DNA of 64,000 bases from a virus (IMGVR_UViG_3300037487_000323:1387-65386); one strand, 5' to 3'; shown: positions 47,812 through 57,366, numbered from the stretch's first letter. Numbers and translations are program-made. Notes: generated by a model from the sequence alone, not told the origin.

Positions 47812-48245
47812 TTAATCATAGCCTTTATAAATTGGCTGCACAACACAGCATACGCACTTATTTCATCGGCTCTGTAGGCTTCTGACTTGAGAAATTCTGT
47901 AAGTTCTGCTGAAAGCGCCCCATCTGTTTCGGAGGTGTTAATAGTGGCGCTGGTATTGCTATTGGTGCAATTACTACTTTTCCGATGGGTGTCGTACATG
48001 CGCTTAGACTTAAAAGCATTGCGCTGGTCAGTAATAGTTTTAAGAGCTGTAGCATTTGCATCTTCCAGTTGTGTATTAACTTTGTTAGCTTGTTCTGCTA
48101 AGTTAGCATATTGTATTTCTGCTTCTCTATTTTGAGCAGCTATGCCGTCTGACATACGTTGAATTTTATTATGGCTTATGGCAGTAGCTACGCCAAACCC
48201 AGTAGTAAAACCAACTAAGAGTAACCCGACCCATATATAAGGCAT
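47808..48245 (-). CDS. i-spanin (Rz-like)
   Basis: Start MPYIWVG at 48245; N-terminal TM segment plus coiled coil. Confidence 0.75.
   Translation of the reverse strand: MPYIWVGLLLVGFTTGFGVATAISHNKIQRMSDGIAAQNREAEIQYANLAEQANKVNTQLEDANATALKTITDQRNAFKSKRMYDTHRKSSNCTNSNTSATINTSETDGALSAELTEFLKSEAYRADEISAYAVLCSQFIKAMIK
47858..48061 (-). CDS. o-spanin lipoprotein (Rz1-like), embedded
   Basis: Signal peptide with lipobox LSAC, Pro-rich mature part, in another frame inside the i-spanin. Confidence 0.8.
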   Translation of the reverse strand: MQMLQLLKLLLTSAMLLSLSACTTPIGKVVIAPIAIPAPLLTPPKQMGRFQQNLQNFSSQKPTEPMK

Positions 48246-48412
48246 TAGTCTTTCACCATTAAACCTAAGCCACCAGCAACACCGCCAGCAAGCAGTAATA
48301 GTTGATCTATAGATTTGTCTTGGTAGAGTAAAACAGCACCCACAAGAGCCGTAACTACCCAAATTAAACCACGTTGTGTAGATGCTTGACCCCAGTGGAT
48401 GCCTAGTTTCAT
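48245..48412 (-). CDS. holin (55 aa, two hydrophobic segments)
   Basis: MKLGIHWGQASTQRGLIWVVTALVGAVLLY...LLLLAGGVAGGLGLMVKD; coupled at both ends. Confidence 0.65.
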   Translation of the reverse strand: MKLGIHWGQASTQRGLIWVVTALVGAVLLYQDKSIDQLLLLAGGVAGGLGLMVKD

Positions 48413-48990
48413 TCTTTTATAACCTTCATTTTCATCATAGTGTGGACGGCTACGTTATTTGCTTCACGCATTAAACGTCTGAATATAAAGTCTTCATCTT
48501 GGGTAATCGTACCATCAGCCATCTTGGCTTTCATTCTAGCAACCATCTCTGCATAAAAGGCATCGTATTCAAAGTCATACCATTCCATCTCAAAGTTTAC
48601 ATTATACTTTAAGCCCATACCTGAGCTAGAGCCGTAAGCTTCGATATGCTCTTTGTTAGTTTTTTGGCAGAACATAAACATACCACCCACAGTGATAGGT
48701 CTTTTATGCGTAGGGTCTGAATAGTAGTTATCATGAAAGTGGTGCGGTACAACAATATCTAAAATAGCACCGTGTTTACATACGCGGTAAATCTCTTGCA
48801 TCAAAGGAATAAACCCTTGACCAATGTGTTCTAAGATATGATGCGCTCTAACTTCACTTACTGAGTTATCTTCAAAAGGAAGTATTGCAGCTTCAATATC
48901 TACAAGGTAATCTGGTTCTACAAGTACATCGTCATCAACATTTACAAAGCCTTCAATTCGCTTATAACCCGATCCGAGATTGACTTTCAT
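48409..48990 (-). CDS. class I SAM-dependent methyltransferase
   Basis: VNLGSG, NVD, HILEH, EIYRVCKHGA, DPTH. Confidence 0.85.
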   Translation of the reverse strand: MKVNLGSGYKRIEGFVNVDDDVLVEPDYLVDIEAAILPFEDNSVSEVRAHHILEHIGQGFIPLMQEIYRVCKHGAILDIVVPHHFHDNYYSDPTHKRPITVGGMFMFCQKTNKEHIEAYGSSSGMGLKYNVNFEMEWYDFEYDAFYAEMVARMKAKMADGTITQDEDFIFRRLMREANNVAVHTMMKMKVIKE

Positions 48991-49397
48991 TTAAGTATTT
49001 CCATTATTATGTTTAGCTCCTCTTGGAGCGTTAGGCCTGTTGGGATAATAATATCCGCATTCTTTGGAGCAACAAATACTCTGTTAGTATCTGCGTATCT
49101 GCTTTCTTTTATTCTATCCACCCAAATGATGAACGCACTACCAAACGCAGCTCTTGTTTCATCAGTCGGGCATATAAAATCTGCAATCACGTTGTGACCA
49201 GCAGCAACCACTGTATCACATAAATACCCCATGCGGGTCGCTTGCTCTAACCGATCTTCGGCACTAAAGCCTAAATCCTTATTAACGTGCTGCCTTATCG
49301 CGTCTGCATTAAAGTGTACAGCATTGAGCTTACGGGCTAACGCCTTAGCAAGAGTTGTTTTACCAGACCCCGCAAGCCCCATAATAAGGATTTTCAT
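48987..49397 (-). CDS. cysC: adenylyl-sulfate (APS) kinase-like protein
   Basis: GLAGSGKTT, ADAIR, DLGFSAEDR, FICP. Confidence 0.75.
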   Translation of the reverse strand: MKILIMGLAGSGKTTLAKALARKLNAVHFNADAIRQHVNKDLGFSAEDRLEQATRMGYLCDTVVAAGHNVIADFICPTDETRAAFGSAFIIWVDRIKESRYADTNRVFVAPKNADIIIPTGLTLQEELNIIMEILK

Positions 49398-49398
49398 A

Positions 49399-49785
49399 TT
49401 ACATTAAAACGTCTAATTCGTCATGCGTAGTTGCCGCTTCAATCAATGCTACTCTAGGAGCAACAGCAGCTTGGGCATCAGCAACAGCTTGTGGATCATA
49501 CTTTAAAGGATCACGAGCTTGTTCTTGAATAACTTGTTGGAAAGCAAATGAGGCATTAGAGATCATACCTGACTTACGTTCTTCTACGGTAATATCAAAA
49601 GTATCGTACACGATTTCTACTGGTGTTTTAGTAATATCAAAAACGTGTGCTGTGTAACCTTGACGGTGTGGGATAATGGTAGGTCTTACTTCAATAGCAT
49701 CTTTCCAGCCATCTTCATTAGCGGGTGGTAGAGTGTCCCAGACATCTGTGACTTCGTTGTTTTGTATTCTTACATGTAATGACAT
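49399..49785 (-). CDS. hypothetical protein (possible fibre chaperone)
   Basis: 128 aa directly after an RCC1 gene. Confidence 0.6.
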   Translation of the reverse strand: MSLHVRIQNNEVTDVWDTLPPANEDGWKDAIEVRPTIIPHRQGYTAHVFDITKTPVEIVYDTFDITVEERKSGMISNASFAFQQVIQEQARDPLKYDPQAVADAQAAVAPRVALIEAATTHDELDVLM

Positions 49786-49811
49786 TTTGTTTCCTTTTGT
49801 TTGTGTGTGAA

Positions 49812-51023
49812 TTATGCTGATATGGCTAATGTGCTTTGACGGCCTCCAGCTACCTTAGACCAAGTGGTTAATGAACCTACTTGTTTAGGGCTTGAGTAGT
49901 TAGTTATATTACCTAGACCTAACTGACCTTGAGCATTATATCCCCAAGACCAAAGTATATTATCGGTTTTAGTGGCTATGGTGTGGTAGGACCCTGCAGT
50001 GATGTTAAGCCAAGTGGTTAAACTACCCACTTGTTTAGGGCTTGAGTATCTGGTTGTAACACCTAGTCCTAACTGACCTTGAGCATTATATCCCCAAGAC
50101 CATAATGTACCATCAGTTTTAGTGGCTAAGTTGTGGTAAACCCCTGCAGTGATCTTAAGCCATGTGGTTAATGAACCTACTTGTTTAGGGCTTGAGTAGT
50201 AAGTGGTATTACCTAAACCTAACTGACCATAATAATTATATCCCCAAGACCATAGCGTACCATCGGTTTTAGTGGCTATGGTGTGCGCTTGTCCTCCAGA
50301 TACAATATACCAAGTAGTCAATGAACCAACTTGTTTAGGGCTTGAGTAGCCAGTTATATTACCTAAACCTAACTGACCTTGAGCATTTCTTCCCCAAGAC
50401 CATAGCGTACCATCTGTTTTAGTGGCTATGGTGTGGAAGGACCCTGCAGTGATGTTAAGCCAAGTAGTTAGTGAACCTACTTGTTTAGGGCTTGAGTAGT
50501 TGGTAATATTACCTAGACCTAATTGACCATAAGGATTATATCCCCAAGACCATAGCGTACCATCGGTTTTAGTGGCTATGGTGTGGTAGAACCCTGCAGT
50601 GATGTTAGACCAAGTGGTTAAACTACCCACTTGTTTAGGGCTTGAGTAGTAAGTTCTATTACCTAAACCTAACTGACCATAATAATTATTTCCCCAAGAC
50701 CATAGCGTACCATCGGTTTTAGTGGCTAAGGTGTGGTAGCCCCCTGCAGTGATTTTAAGCCATGTGGTTAAACTGCCAACTTGTTTAGGGCTTGAGTAGT
50801 TGGTAATATTACCTAGACCTAACTGACCATTAGTGTTTAGTCCCCAACTGTATAATCCACCAAAAGGAGCTAAATTACCAGCAGTAGGCCACTGACCTTG
50901 TTTGATCCAATACCCTGCTTGCTCCATTGTCCATATACCCGAAGCTGTACTTGATTGGTATGGGCCACTTGGTGTTACTGGGTTTACAGCAGTTATTACG
51001 CCCGCAGGGTATTTCGTTGACAT
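49812..51023 (-). CDS. RCC1-repeat 7-bladed beta-propeller protein A
   Basis: Seven 50-aa units WSWGxNxxGQLGLG...SSPKQVGSLTTW...HTxATKTDG. Confidence 0.92.
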   Translation of the reverse strand: MSTKYPAGVITAVNPVTPSGPYQSSTASGIWTMEQAGYWIKQGQWPTAGNLAPFGGLYSWGLNTNGQLGLGNITNYSSPKQVGSLTTWLKITAGGYHTLATKTDGTLWSWGNNYYGQLGLGNRTYYSSPKQVGSLTTWSNITAGFYHTIATKTDGTLWSWGYNPYGQLGLGNITNYSSPKQVGSLTTWLNITAGSFHTIATKTDGTLWSWGRNAQGQLGLGNITGYSSPKQVGSLTTWYIVSGGQAHTIATKTDGTLWSWGYNYYGQLGLGNTTYYSSPKQVGSLTTWLKITAGVYHNLATKTDGTLWSWGYNAQGQLGLGVTTRYSSPKQVGSLTTWLNITAGSYHTIATKTDNILWSWGYNAQGQLGLGNITNYSSPKQVGSLTTWSKVAGGRQSTLAISA

Positions 51024-51025
51024 AT

Positions 51026-52777
51026 TTAGCCTTCTAGTCGTTCTTTGATCTTGTTAAATGGGGTTTCCCATGACCCAAACTCGGTCTGGCGAAATAAAGT
51101 CATACTATCATAATAAGGTGTTTTCTCACCATCAAGTGCGTACAGGTAATAGCCCATAATAGGCAGGATAACCCAAGTAGGAATCCCCATAGCCGCTGAT
51201 AAATGGCTTACCGAAGTACAACTACTTATTACTAAATCACAGCTCGCGATTGCTCTTTGAGTGTCTGTCCAACTATCTAATGGAACATTCTTAACCCATA
51301 GCGGAGCATCGCCAGCACCTTCGTCTTTTTGTAAGCTGATAAACTCATACTCTACAGAGGCATCTTTTACAGCCATAAACATCAGCTCGTAAGGAAACTT
51401 CTTGTTGTGATCTTCTTCGTACTTAGAGCTACCCTGCCACCTTAAGCCAATACGTTTCTTGTTACCTGCAATTACAGTAGGTCTATCTATATAGGGCTTA
51501 CCTGAGATGTCATCCATTGTATACCCAAGTGGATAAGGCACTACCATAGCGTAAGTCCAGAAATCATGAAAGATGCCAAACTCTGCACCATGCTGAATAA
51601 CAGCAGACACGCCCTCTATAGTAGAGAACAACTGAGCAAGCATACCTGTACAGGCTACAACCACTTTATTACCACGAGCCACTAAGTCTTTAGCATATCT
51701 TACTTGGTGTATCTGATCGCCTAGACCATGATCGCAGTATAATAAAATAGTACCCTTAGCTTTGCCGTCCCACTCTGGCATCGGTGTGTCAGGTCTTTTA
51801 GAGCCTATAATACCACAGTACCGACCCCTATCCATTTGAGCGTAACCGTTTGCAATATCACCCTGTTTTAGTAAGTACCAGCTACGATTGTACGCAGCTC
51901 TGTGATCTGTAGGGCGTTCTTCGTTAAGCTTTTCTGATAATCTCCAGCCCTCTACAAAGTCACCAATCTTACCTGATGCAACCTGTAAATCTAAATCATC
52001 CAATTCAGGCATGGTGCGAGCATTGTCATTCCAGAACTCAGGCTGACAAAACTGATTATAGTGGTGTTTTAATACGTCTTTAGCATCATCGTTGTGTTGC
52101 TTTTCTAACTTAGTTTTAACATCGTGCATACCTGCATAACCATGCAAGTTTTCATCATCTTCCGATACAGTAGAACCGTCTATTGCATTGAAGTCATAAG
52201 CGAATGGAGCAAGACCTAAGAACTCATGCACTCTTTCTAGTTGACCTTTAGGATCAGCAAGAAGATTATCGTACTCAACGAACAGCATAGATTCAGGATC
52301 GTACTCAAACCCAGACTGTAACGATTGGTATGCGGCTTTTAAATGATCGGCTAATTGACCTGAGTAAATAAACTCATCAAGGTTTTCTGGTTTAGCAACT
52401 CTAACAAAAGAAGCCATACAATCAGGCACTGAACGAACTGTCGCAATCACTTTACAAGGACGATCTAAAACCTGAGTCATAGCCGCCATGATTTGTGGTA
52501 TAGGCCAACCGCGTGATTTATCTATGATGACAGGCTTATCAGTGTCTTCGTAAAAGGCATCAATCATGCCACGCATAGTTTGTGCTAACTTGGTTCTCTT
52601 AGGATCATTCTCATTTAAAAGACCAGCCGAATGCCAAGTATTTGCCAAACCATCAAGTGCATGAACTAACCCTGATGTAGTAGAAACATGAGTCTCTGGG
52701 TTTTGATTAAGAATAGCTGCTAATACTGTACTTCCGCTACGAGGTATGCCTGATAAAAAATGTAAAGTCTTGTTCAT
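51026..52777 (-). CDS. sulfotransferase-TPR-glycosyltransferase (GT9-like) fusion
   Basis: 5'-PSB GIPRSGST, 3'-PB TVRSVPDCMAS; GLGDQI; CDLVISSCTSVSHLSAAMGIPT. Confidence 0.85.
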   Translation of the reverse strand: MNKTLHFLSGIPRSGSTVLAAILNQNPETHVSTTSGLVHALDGLANTWHSAGLLNENDPKRTKLAQTMRGMIDAFYEDTDKPVIIDKSRGWPIPQIMAAMTQVLDRPCKVIATVRSVPDCMASFVRVAKPENLDEFIYSGQLADHLKAAYQSLQSGFEYDPESMLFVEYDNLLADPKGQLERVHEFLGLAPFAYDFNAIDGSTVSEDDENLHGYAGMHDVKTKLEKQHNDDAKDVLKHHYNQFCQPEFWNDNARTMPELDDLDLQVASGKIGDFVEGWRLSEKLNEERPTDHRAAYNRSWYLLKQGDIANGYAQMDRGRYCGIIGSKRPDTPMPEWDGKAKGTILLYCDHGLGDQIHQVRYAKDLVARGNKVVVACTGMLAQLFSTIEGVSAVIQHGAEFGIFHDFWTYAMVVPYPLGYTMDDISGKPYIDRPTVIAGNKKRIGLRWQGSSKYEEDHNKKFPYELMFMAVKDASVEYEFISLQKDEGAGDAPLWVKNVPLDSWTDTQRAIASCDLVISSCTSVSHLSAAMGIPTWVILPIMGYYLYALDGEKTPYYDSMTLFRQTEFGSWETPFNKIKERLEG

Positions 52778-52845
52778 AAGTTTTATAAGTTTAGGGTTTG
52801 GGTTTTATGGGTGCAGTATATATCATAGCTTTTAGGGTTTGGGTT

Positions 52846-53988
52846 TTATGAGATTGCTATAGCTATGGTGTTGTAGCCCATTGCAGCGATTTTAAGCCAT
52901 GTGGTTAATGAACCTACTTGTTTAGGGCTTGAGTAGAAAGTTGTATTACCTAGCCCTAACTGACCTTGAGGATTATATCCCCAAGACCATAACGTACCAT
53001 CAGTCTTGGTGGCTATGGTGTGGGTGTTTCCAGCCCCCAAAGCGTTCCAAGTAGTTAATGAACCTACTTGTTTAGGGCTTGAGTAGTTGGTAATATTACC
53101 TAGACCTAATTGACCATTAGTGTTTAGTCCCCAAGACCATAATGTACCATCAGTCTTGGTGGCTATGGTGTGGTAGAACCCTGCAGTGATCTTAGACCAA
53201 GTAGTTAGTGAACCAACTTGTTTAGGGCTTGAGTAGTTGGTAATATTACCTAGACCTAATTGACCCTTATCGTTAGCACCCCAAGACCATAATGTACCAT
53301 CAGTCTTGGTGGCTATGGTGTGGTAAACCCCTGCAGTGATCTTAGACCAAGTGGTTAGTGAACCTACTTGTTTAGGGCTTGAGTATTTGGTTATATTACC
53401 TAGACCTAATTGACCATAAGGATTATATCCCCAAGACCATAATGTACCATCGGTTTTAGTGGCTATGGTTTGGTAGAACCCTGCAGTGATGTTAAGCCAA
53501 GTGGTTAAACTGCCAACTTGTTTAGGGCTTGAGTAGTTGGTAATATTACCTAGACCTAACTGACCTTGAGTATTTTGCCCCCAAGACCATAATGTACCAT
53601 CTGTTTTAGTGGCTATGGTGTGGAAGAACCCTGCAGTGGTGTTAGACCAAGTGGTTAATGAACCTACTTGTTTAGGGCTTGAGTAGAAAGTTATATTACC
53701 TAGACCTAATTGACCAAAGGGATTATATCCCCAAGACCATAATGTACCATCGGTTTTAGTGGCTATGGTTTGGTAATATCCTGCAGTGATCTTAGACCAA
53801 GTGGTTAAACTACCCACTTGTTTAGGGCTTGAGTAGTACGTTCTATTACCTAGACCTAACTGACCCTGAGAGTTACTCCCCCACGCATAAAGAAAAGGTA
53901 ACCCTGTCCAAGTCCCCGCTGCGACTGCTTGCATTTGTGCTTGTTTTGTCCACATCCCTGAGTATTGGACGTATGGATATGTTGCCAT
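52846..53988 (-). CDS. RCC1-repeat beta-propeller protein B
   Basis: Seven 150-bp units. Confidence 0.92.
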   Translation of the reverse strand: MATYPYVQYSGMWTKQAQMQAVAAGTWTGLPFLYAWGSNSQGQLGLGNRTYYSSPKQVGSLTTWSKITAGYYQTIATKTDGTLWSWGYNPFGQLGLGNITFYSSPKQVGSLTTWSNTTAGFFHTIATKTDGTLWSWGQNTQGQLGLGNITNYSSPKQVGSLTTWLNITAGFYQTIATKTDGTLWSWGYNPYGQLGLGNITKYSSPKQVGSLTTWSKITAGVYHTIATKTDGTLWSWGANDKGQLGLGNITNYSSPKQVGSLTTWSKITAGFYHTIATKTDGTLWSWGLNTNGQLGLGNITNYSSPKQVGSLTTWNALGAGNTHTIATKTDGTLWSWGYNPQGQLGLGNTTFYSSPKQVGSLTTWLKIAAMGYNTIAIAIS

Positions 53989-54000
53989 TGTATTTCTCCT

Positions 54001-55119
54001 TTATCCTAGGGCTATTGTAAATTCATTACCTGTCGCAACAGTAAGCCAAGTAGTTAAACTACCTACCTGTTTAGGGCTTGAGTAGTGGGTAATATTACCT
54101 AGACCTAATTGACCAGAGTTATTTTGACCCCAAGACCATAGCGTACCATCGGTTTTAGTGGCTAGGGTGTGGTAGACCCCTGCAGTGATGTTAAGCCAAG
54201 TGGTTAAACTGCCAACTTGTTTAGGACTTGAGTAGTTAGTTATATTACCTAGACCTAACTGACCGAAATTATTATTCCCCCAAGACCATAGCGTACCATC
54301 GGTTTTAGTGGCTATGGTGTGGTAGCCCCCTGCAGTGATTTTAAGCCAAGTTGTTAAACTGCCAACTTGTTTAGGGCTTGAGTATTTGGTTATATTACCT
54401 AGACCTAATTGACCATAATTATTATATCCCCAAGACCAAAGTGTACCATCTGTTTTAGTGGCTATGGTGTGGCCAATCCCACCTGCAATATTAAGCCAAG
54501 TGGTTAAACTACCCACTTGTTTAGGGCTTGAGTAGTGAGTCCTATTGTTTAGTCCTAACTGACCTTGAGTATTATATCCCCAAGACCAAAGTGTACCATC
54601 TGTTTTAGTGGCTAAGGTGTGGACTTGTCCTCCAGATACATTATACCAAGTAGTCAATGAACCTACTTGTTTAGGGCTAGAGTAGTAAGTTGTATTACCT
54701 AGACCTAATTGACCATAATAATTATTTCCCCAAGACCATAGCGTACCATCAGTCTTGGTTGCTGTGGTGTGTTGGCCCCCTGCAGTGATGTTAAGCCAAG
54801 TTGTTAAACTGCCAACTTGCTTAGGGCTTGAGTACCAAGTTGTATTGCCTAGACCTAATTGACCGTTGTTATTATATCCCCAAGACCATAATGTACCATC
54901 TGTTTTAGTGGCTAAGGTGTGGCCAAACCCTGCAGTTATTTTAGACCAAGTAGTTAATGATCCAACTTGTTTAGGGCTTGAGTATGTAGTTCTATTATTT
55001 AGACCTAATTGACCATAGGGATTATTTCCCCAAGATAACAAATTATATTGGATTGTAGGCGCAACCAAAGGATTAAAGAGTCCGGCTTGGACGGACCCTG
55101 CTAAATATCTTCTTGACAT
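54001..55119 (-). CDS. RCC1-repeat beta-propeller protein C
   Basis: Seven 150-bp units. Confidence 0.92.
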   Translation of the reverse strand: MSRRYLAGSVQAGLFNPLVAPTIQYNLLSWGNNPYGQLGLNNRTTYSSPKQVGSLTTWSKITAGFGHTLATKTDGTLWSWGYNNNGQLGLGNTTWYSSPKQVGSLTTWLNITAGGQHTTATKTDGTLWSWGNNYYGQLGLGNTTYYSSPKQVGSLTTWYNVSGGQVHTLATKTDGTLWSWGYNTQGQLGLNNRTHYSSPKQVGSLTTWLNIAGGIGHTIATKTDGTLWSWGYNNYGQLGLGNITKYSSPKQVGSLTTWLKITAGGYHTIATKTDGTLWSWGNNNFGQLGLGNITNYSSPKQVGSLTTWLNITAGVYHTLATKTDGTLWSWGQNNSGQLGLGNITHYSSPKQVGSLTTWLTVATGNEFTIALG

Positions 55120-55129
55120 TTTAGCCTCC

Positions 55130-55501
55130 TTAAGAGAGTTGTTCCCAACTTGAAGTTACCACTAAGGCAGTAGATGTACCCGCAGTAGCACCAATAGATT
55201 GGTTCTCAAGCAAATAAAATGTTGTTGTCTTGTCAACAATGATAAGCGAGGCGTTAGCAGGCACTGAGATAGTAGACGCAATAGGAAATGCTGTACCACC
55301 AAGAGCCGCTGCGCTATAGATGTTAATAGTGATGTTAGCCGCAGATGCTGAGGTGTTAGCCACTACGATTGAGTTCACTTTGAATGCAATACCGCTTGAT
55401 GCTGCATTAGATGCTAATGAAGTAGCTGAAGTAGTTGTTAAGGAAACTGAAGACATGTTCCCATTAATTGTTGTTACGTTGACCAAATTTGGGTTTGCCA
55501 T
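55130..55501 (-). CDS. virion structural protein
   Basis: 123 aa beta-rich, MANPNLVNV. Confidence 0.65.
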   Translation of the reverse strand: MANPNLVNVTTINGNMSSVSLTTTSATSLASNAASSGIAFKVNSIVVANTSASAANITINIYSAAALGGTAFPIASTISVPANASLIIVDKTTTFYLLENQSIGATAGTSTALVVTSSWEQLS

Positions 55502-55510
55502 TAGTGTTCC

Positions 55511-56071
55511 TTAAGAGCCAAAGATAAGAGAGTATGCAATAGATTGTCCTTTAGAGACTCCACTAGCTGCTGGGGTAGAAGATACCCATGTTGTGCCGTT
55601 TGATGTAAGTATGTTACCTGAAGCACCAACAGCTGATAAATTTGTACCACCGTTTGCAACTGGCAAGATACCAGATACACCTGTAGTTAATGGTAGACCT
55701 GTTACATTAGTTGCAACAAAAGCTGCAGGTGTACCCAGACCGATAACATTACCCGACACATCTAAGTTAACAGACTTACCTGCAGGGTAGGTACAAAACA
55801 CATCTTTAGTGCCTGTTGTAAACGCAACAGCTGCGCCACCATTACTGGAGGTTAATACTGTAGTTCTAGTTAAAAGCCCGGCACTAACTGTACCTATACC
55901 CACTTCCCATTCGGCTGTACCTGAGTTAGTTACACCGTAGTAAGTTGTATTAGTGTTACCTATTGCTGCTGAAAACCCTTGATACCCGCTTACTGCGCCT
56001 GTAAGTACAAGTGCGCCAGTACCTATAGATGTACTTACTTCCCGAACTCTATCTGCTAATACTAATGCCAT
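55511..56071 (-). CDS. tail fibre-associated protein
   Basis: MALVLADRVRE...WEVGIGT; LPVANGGT and GNILTSNGT fibre motifs. Confidence 0.65.
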   Translation of the reverse strand: MALVLADRVREVSTSIGTGALVLTGAVSGYQGFSAAIGNTNTTYYGVTNSGTAEWEVGIGTVSAGLLTRTTVLTSSNGGAAVAFTTGTKDVFCTYPAGKSVNLDVSGNVIGLGTPAAFVATNVTGLPLTTGVSGILPVANGGTNLSAVGASGNILTSNGTTWVSSTPAASGVSKGQSIAYSLIFGS

Positions 56072-56084
56072 TACGCTCTCCCGA

Positions 56085-56534
56085 CTATGCTAAACGCAGG
56101 ATAGCACTTGTGCTGTCCGCTGTAGGGAATATTATTGAAAAAGTCCCTGTTGTAGATGTTTTATCTGAACCAAAGTCTAAGACAGCTACAGCAATATTAC
56201 CTTGAGAGCTATTATATATTAAAGCCCCCCGCGCTGTTATAGTAGCAGAAGGCCACGAGGCGTTAGTAAAAGATAAGAACGCTGTTGTGCCTGTAGAAGT
56301 AGGTGGGGTAGATACTGTTAATGAAATGCCCCCAGCAGTATATCCCGCCCCCACTACTTCATCATATGTTGTATACGCCGCTGTAGTTGCATCTAGTGTT
56401 GCGATTGAACTGTACAGCGCAATTTTAAACACATCTTGCGCTGTTGATGCGCGTATGACACCTACACCAAAGTTATGTACCCCATCGAATAGACCTACTT
56501 TAAATACAGTTGCCAAACCTTGTGTTATAGCCAT
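56085..56534 (-). CDS. virion structural protein
   Basis: FKIALY, GYTAGG, ARGALIYN, VLDFG. Confidence 0.65.
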   Translation of the reverse strand: MAITQGLATVFKVGLFDGVHNFGVGVIRASTAQDVFKIALYSSIATLDATTAAYTTYDEVVGAGYTAGGISLTVSTPPTSTGTTAFLSFTNASWPSATITARGALIYNSSQGNIAVAVLDFGSDKTSTTGTFSIIFPTADSTSAILRLA

Positions 56535-56562
56535 TGTGGTACCTTATAGTAATATGTTTGTA

Positions 56563-57198
56563 TTAGGCAACAGGCAATCTAACTTGCCCATCACGATATG
56601 CTGTTCTGCGTTCTTTTCCATCACCCATTAACTTAAGCAACATCAAAGATTCTTGATACTTTTGTTCATAGTTAGCAATAATATCTGCTTCACCTTTTTG
56701 GTATACAGCGGCTTCTCGCAAAGAACCATACAGCAATACCGACTCAAAGTTATCCCCGACCCATGATGTACCAGCAGTCACAATAGACTCAGGGTAGTAA
56801 TACTCGTGTAACTCAACTTGATATACTTGATCTGGTGTAGGGCCAAAGATTATCGTATCTGGATCAAACTGACCAAAGTATTTAGGTATCCCCTGACTAT
56901 TAGGGTTAGGGTAAGCTTCTCGGATAAAGTTAACATCCTTATCTATTAAAAACTGCTGAGCACCTGTATTGTCAACAACAGCTAACGAGAAGGTTGCTAG
57001 GTAGTCATCAGGAAGCTGTAAATACTTTAACCCAGCGATAGTATTACTTAAGACGTTTCTACGTATAGCGGGTAGCTGAACAGTATTATAAATACGTTCT
57101 TCTGCAATATTAACAAAGTTAGGTATGTTAGCTACAAAAGACTGTTCTGTAGTTTCTGCGTAGTTACATATTGCTGTGACCAGAGCCGCGTAATTCAT
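56563..57198 (-). CDS. head-tail adaptor / tail tubular-like protein
   Basis: FVNIAEERI, LPDDYL, GPTPD, LLYGSL. Confidence 0.65.
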   Translation of the reverse strand: MNYAALVTAICNYAETTEQSFVANIPNFVNIAEERIYNTVQLPAIRRNVLSNTIAGLKYLQLPDDYLATFSLAVVDNTGAQQFLIDKDVNFIREAYPNPNSQGIPKYFGQFDPDTIIFGPTPDQVYQVELHEYYYPESIVTAGTSWVGDNFESVLLYGSLREAAVYQKGEADIIANYEQKYQESLMLLKLMGDGKERRTAYRDGQVRLPVA

Positions 57199-57201
57199 AG
57201 G

Positions 57202-57357
57202 TTACGCCATTGGGCCGCGAGCTGTTACGCCTTTTGTTGCAGCGCCATTTCCACGGGTTTTAACACCTGTAGTCTTAATATCTTTTTGAGGATAGCCTGA
57301 TGTGTTAGCAGCGGGTGCTGGTTTAATTTGTGGGTACTTATCGGTTAAATGTGACAT
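57202..57357 (-). CDS. small basic protein (51 aa)
   Basis: GAGG RBS; ends KTRGNGAATKGVTARGPMA. Confidence 0.65.
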   Translation of the reverse strand: MSHLTDKYPQIKPAPAANTSGYPQKDIKTTGVKTRGNGAATKGVTARGPMA

Positions 57358-57366
57358 GGTTGCCTC

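Noticed and set aside
49812-55119. RCC1 repeats as a diversity-generating retroelement
   Set aside because: Many variable codons are NNY, as A-mutagenesis of AAY would give, but others (CAA, AGA, TGG, CTA, AAG) are not. No reverse transcriptase or non-coding template repeat is in the window. A trans-acting RT cannot be formally excluded.
49812-55119. RCC1 repeats as a CRISPR array
   Set aside because: Units are in-frame 150-bp coding repeats with no unique spacers and no cas operon.
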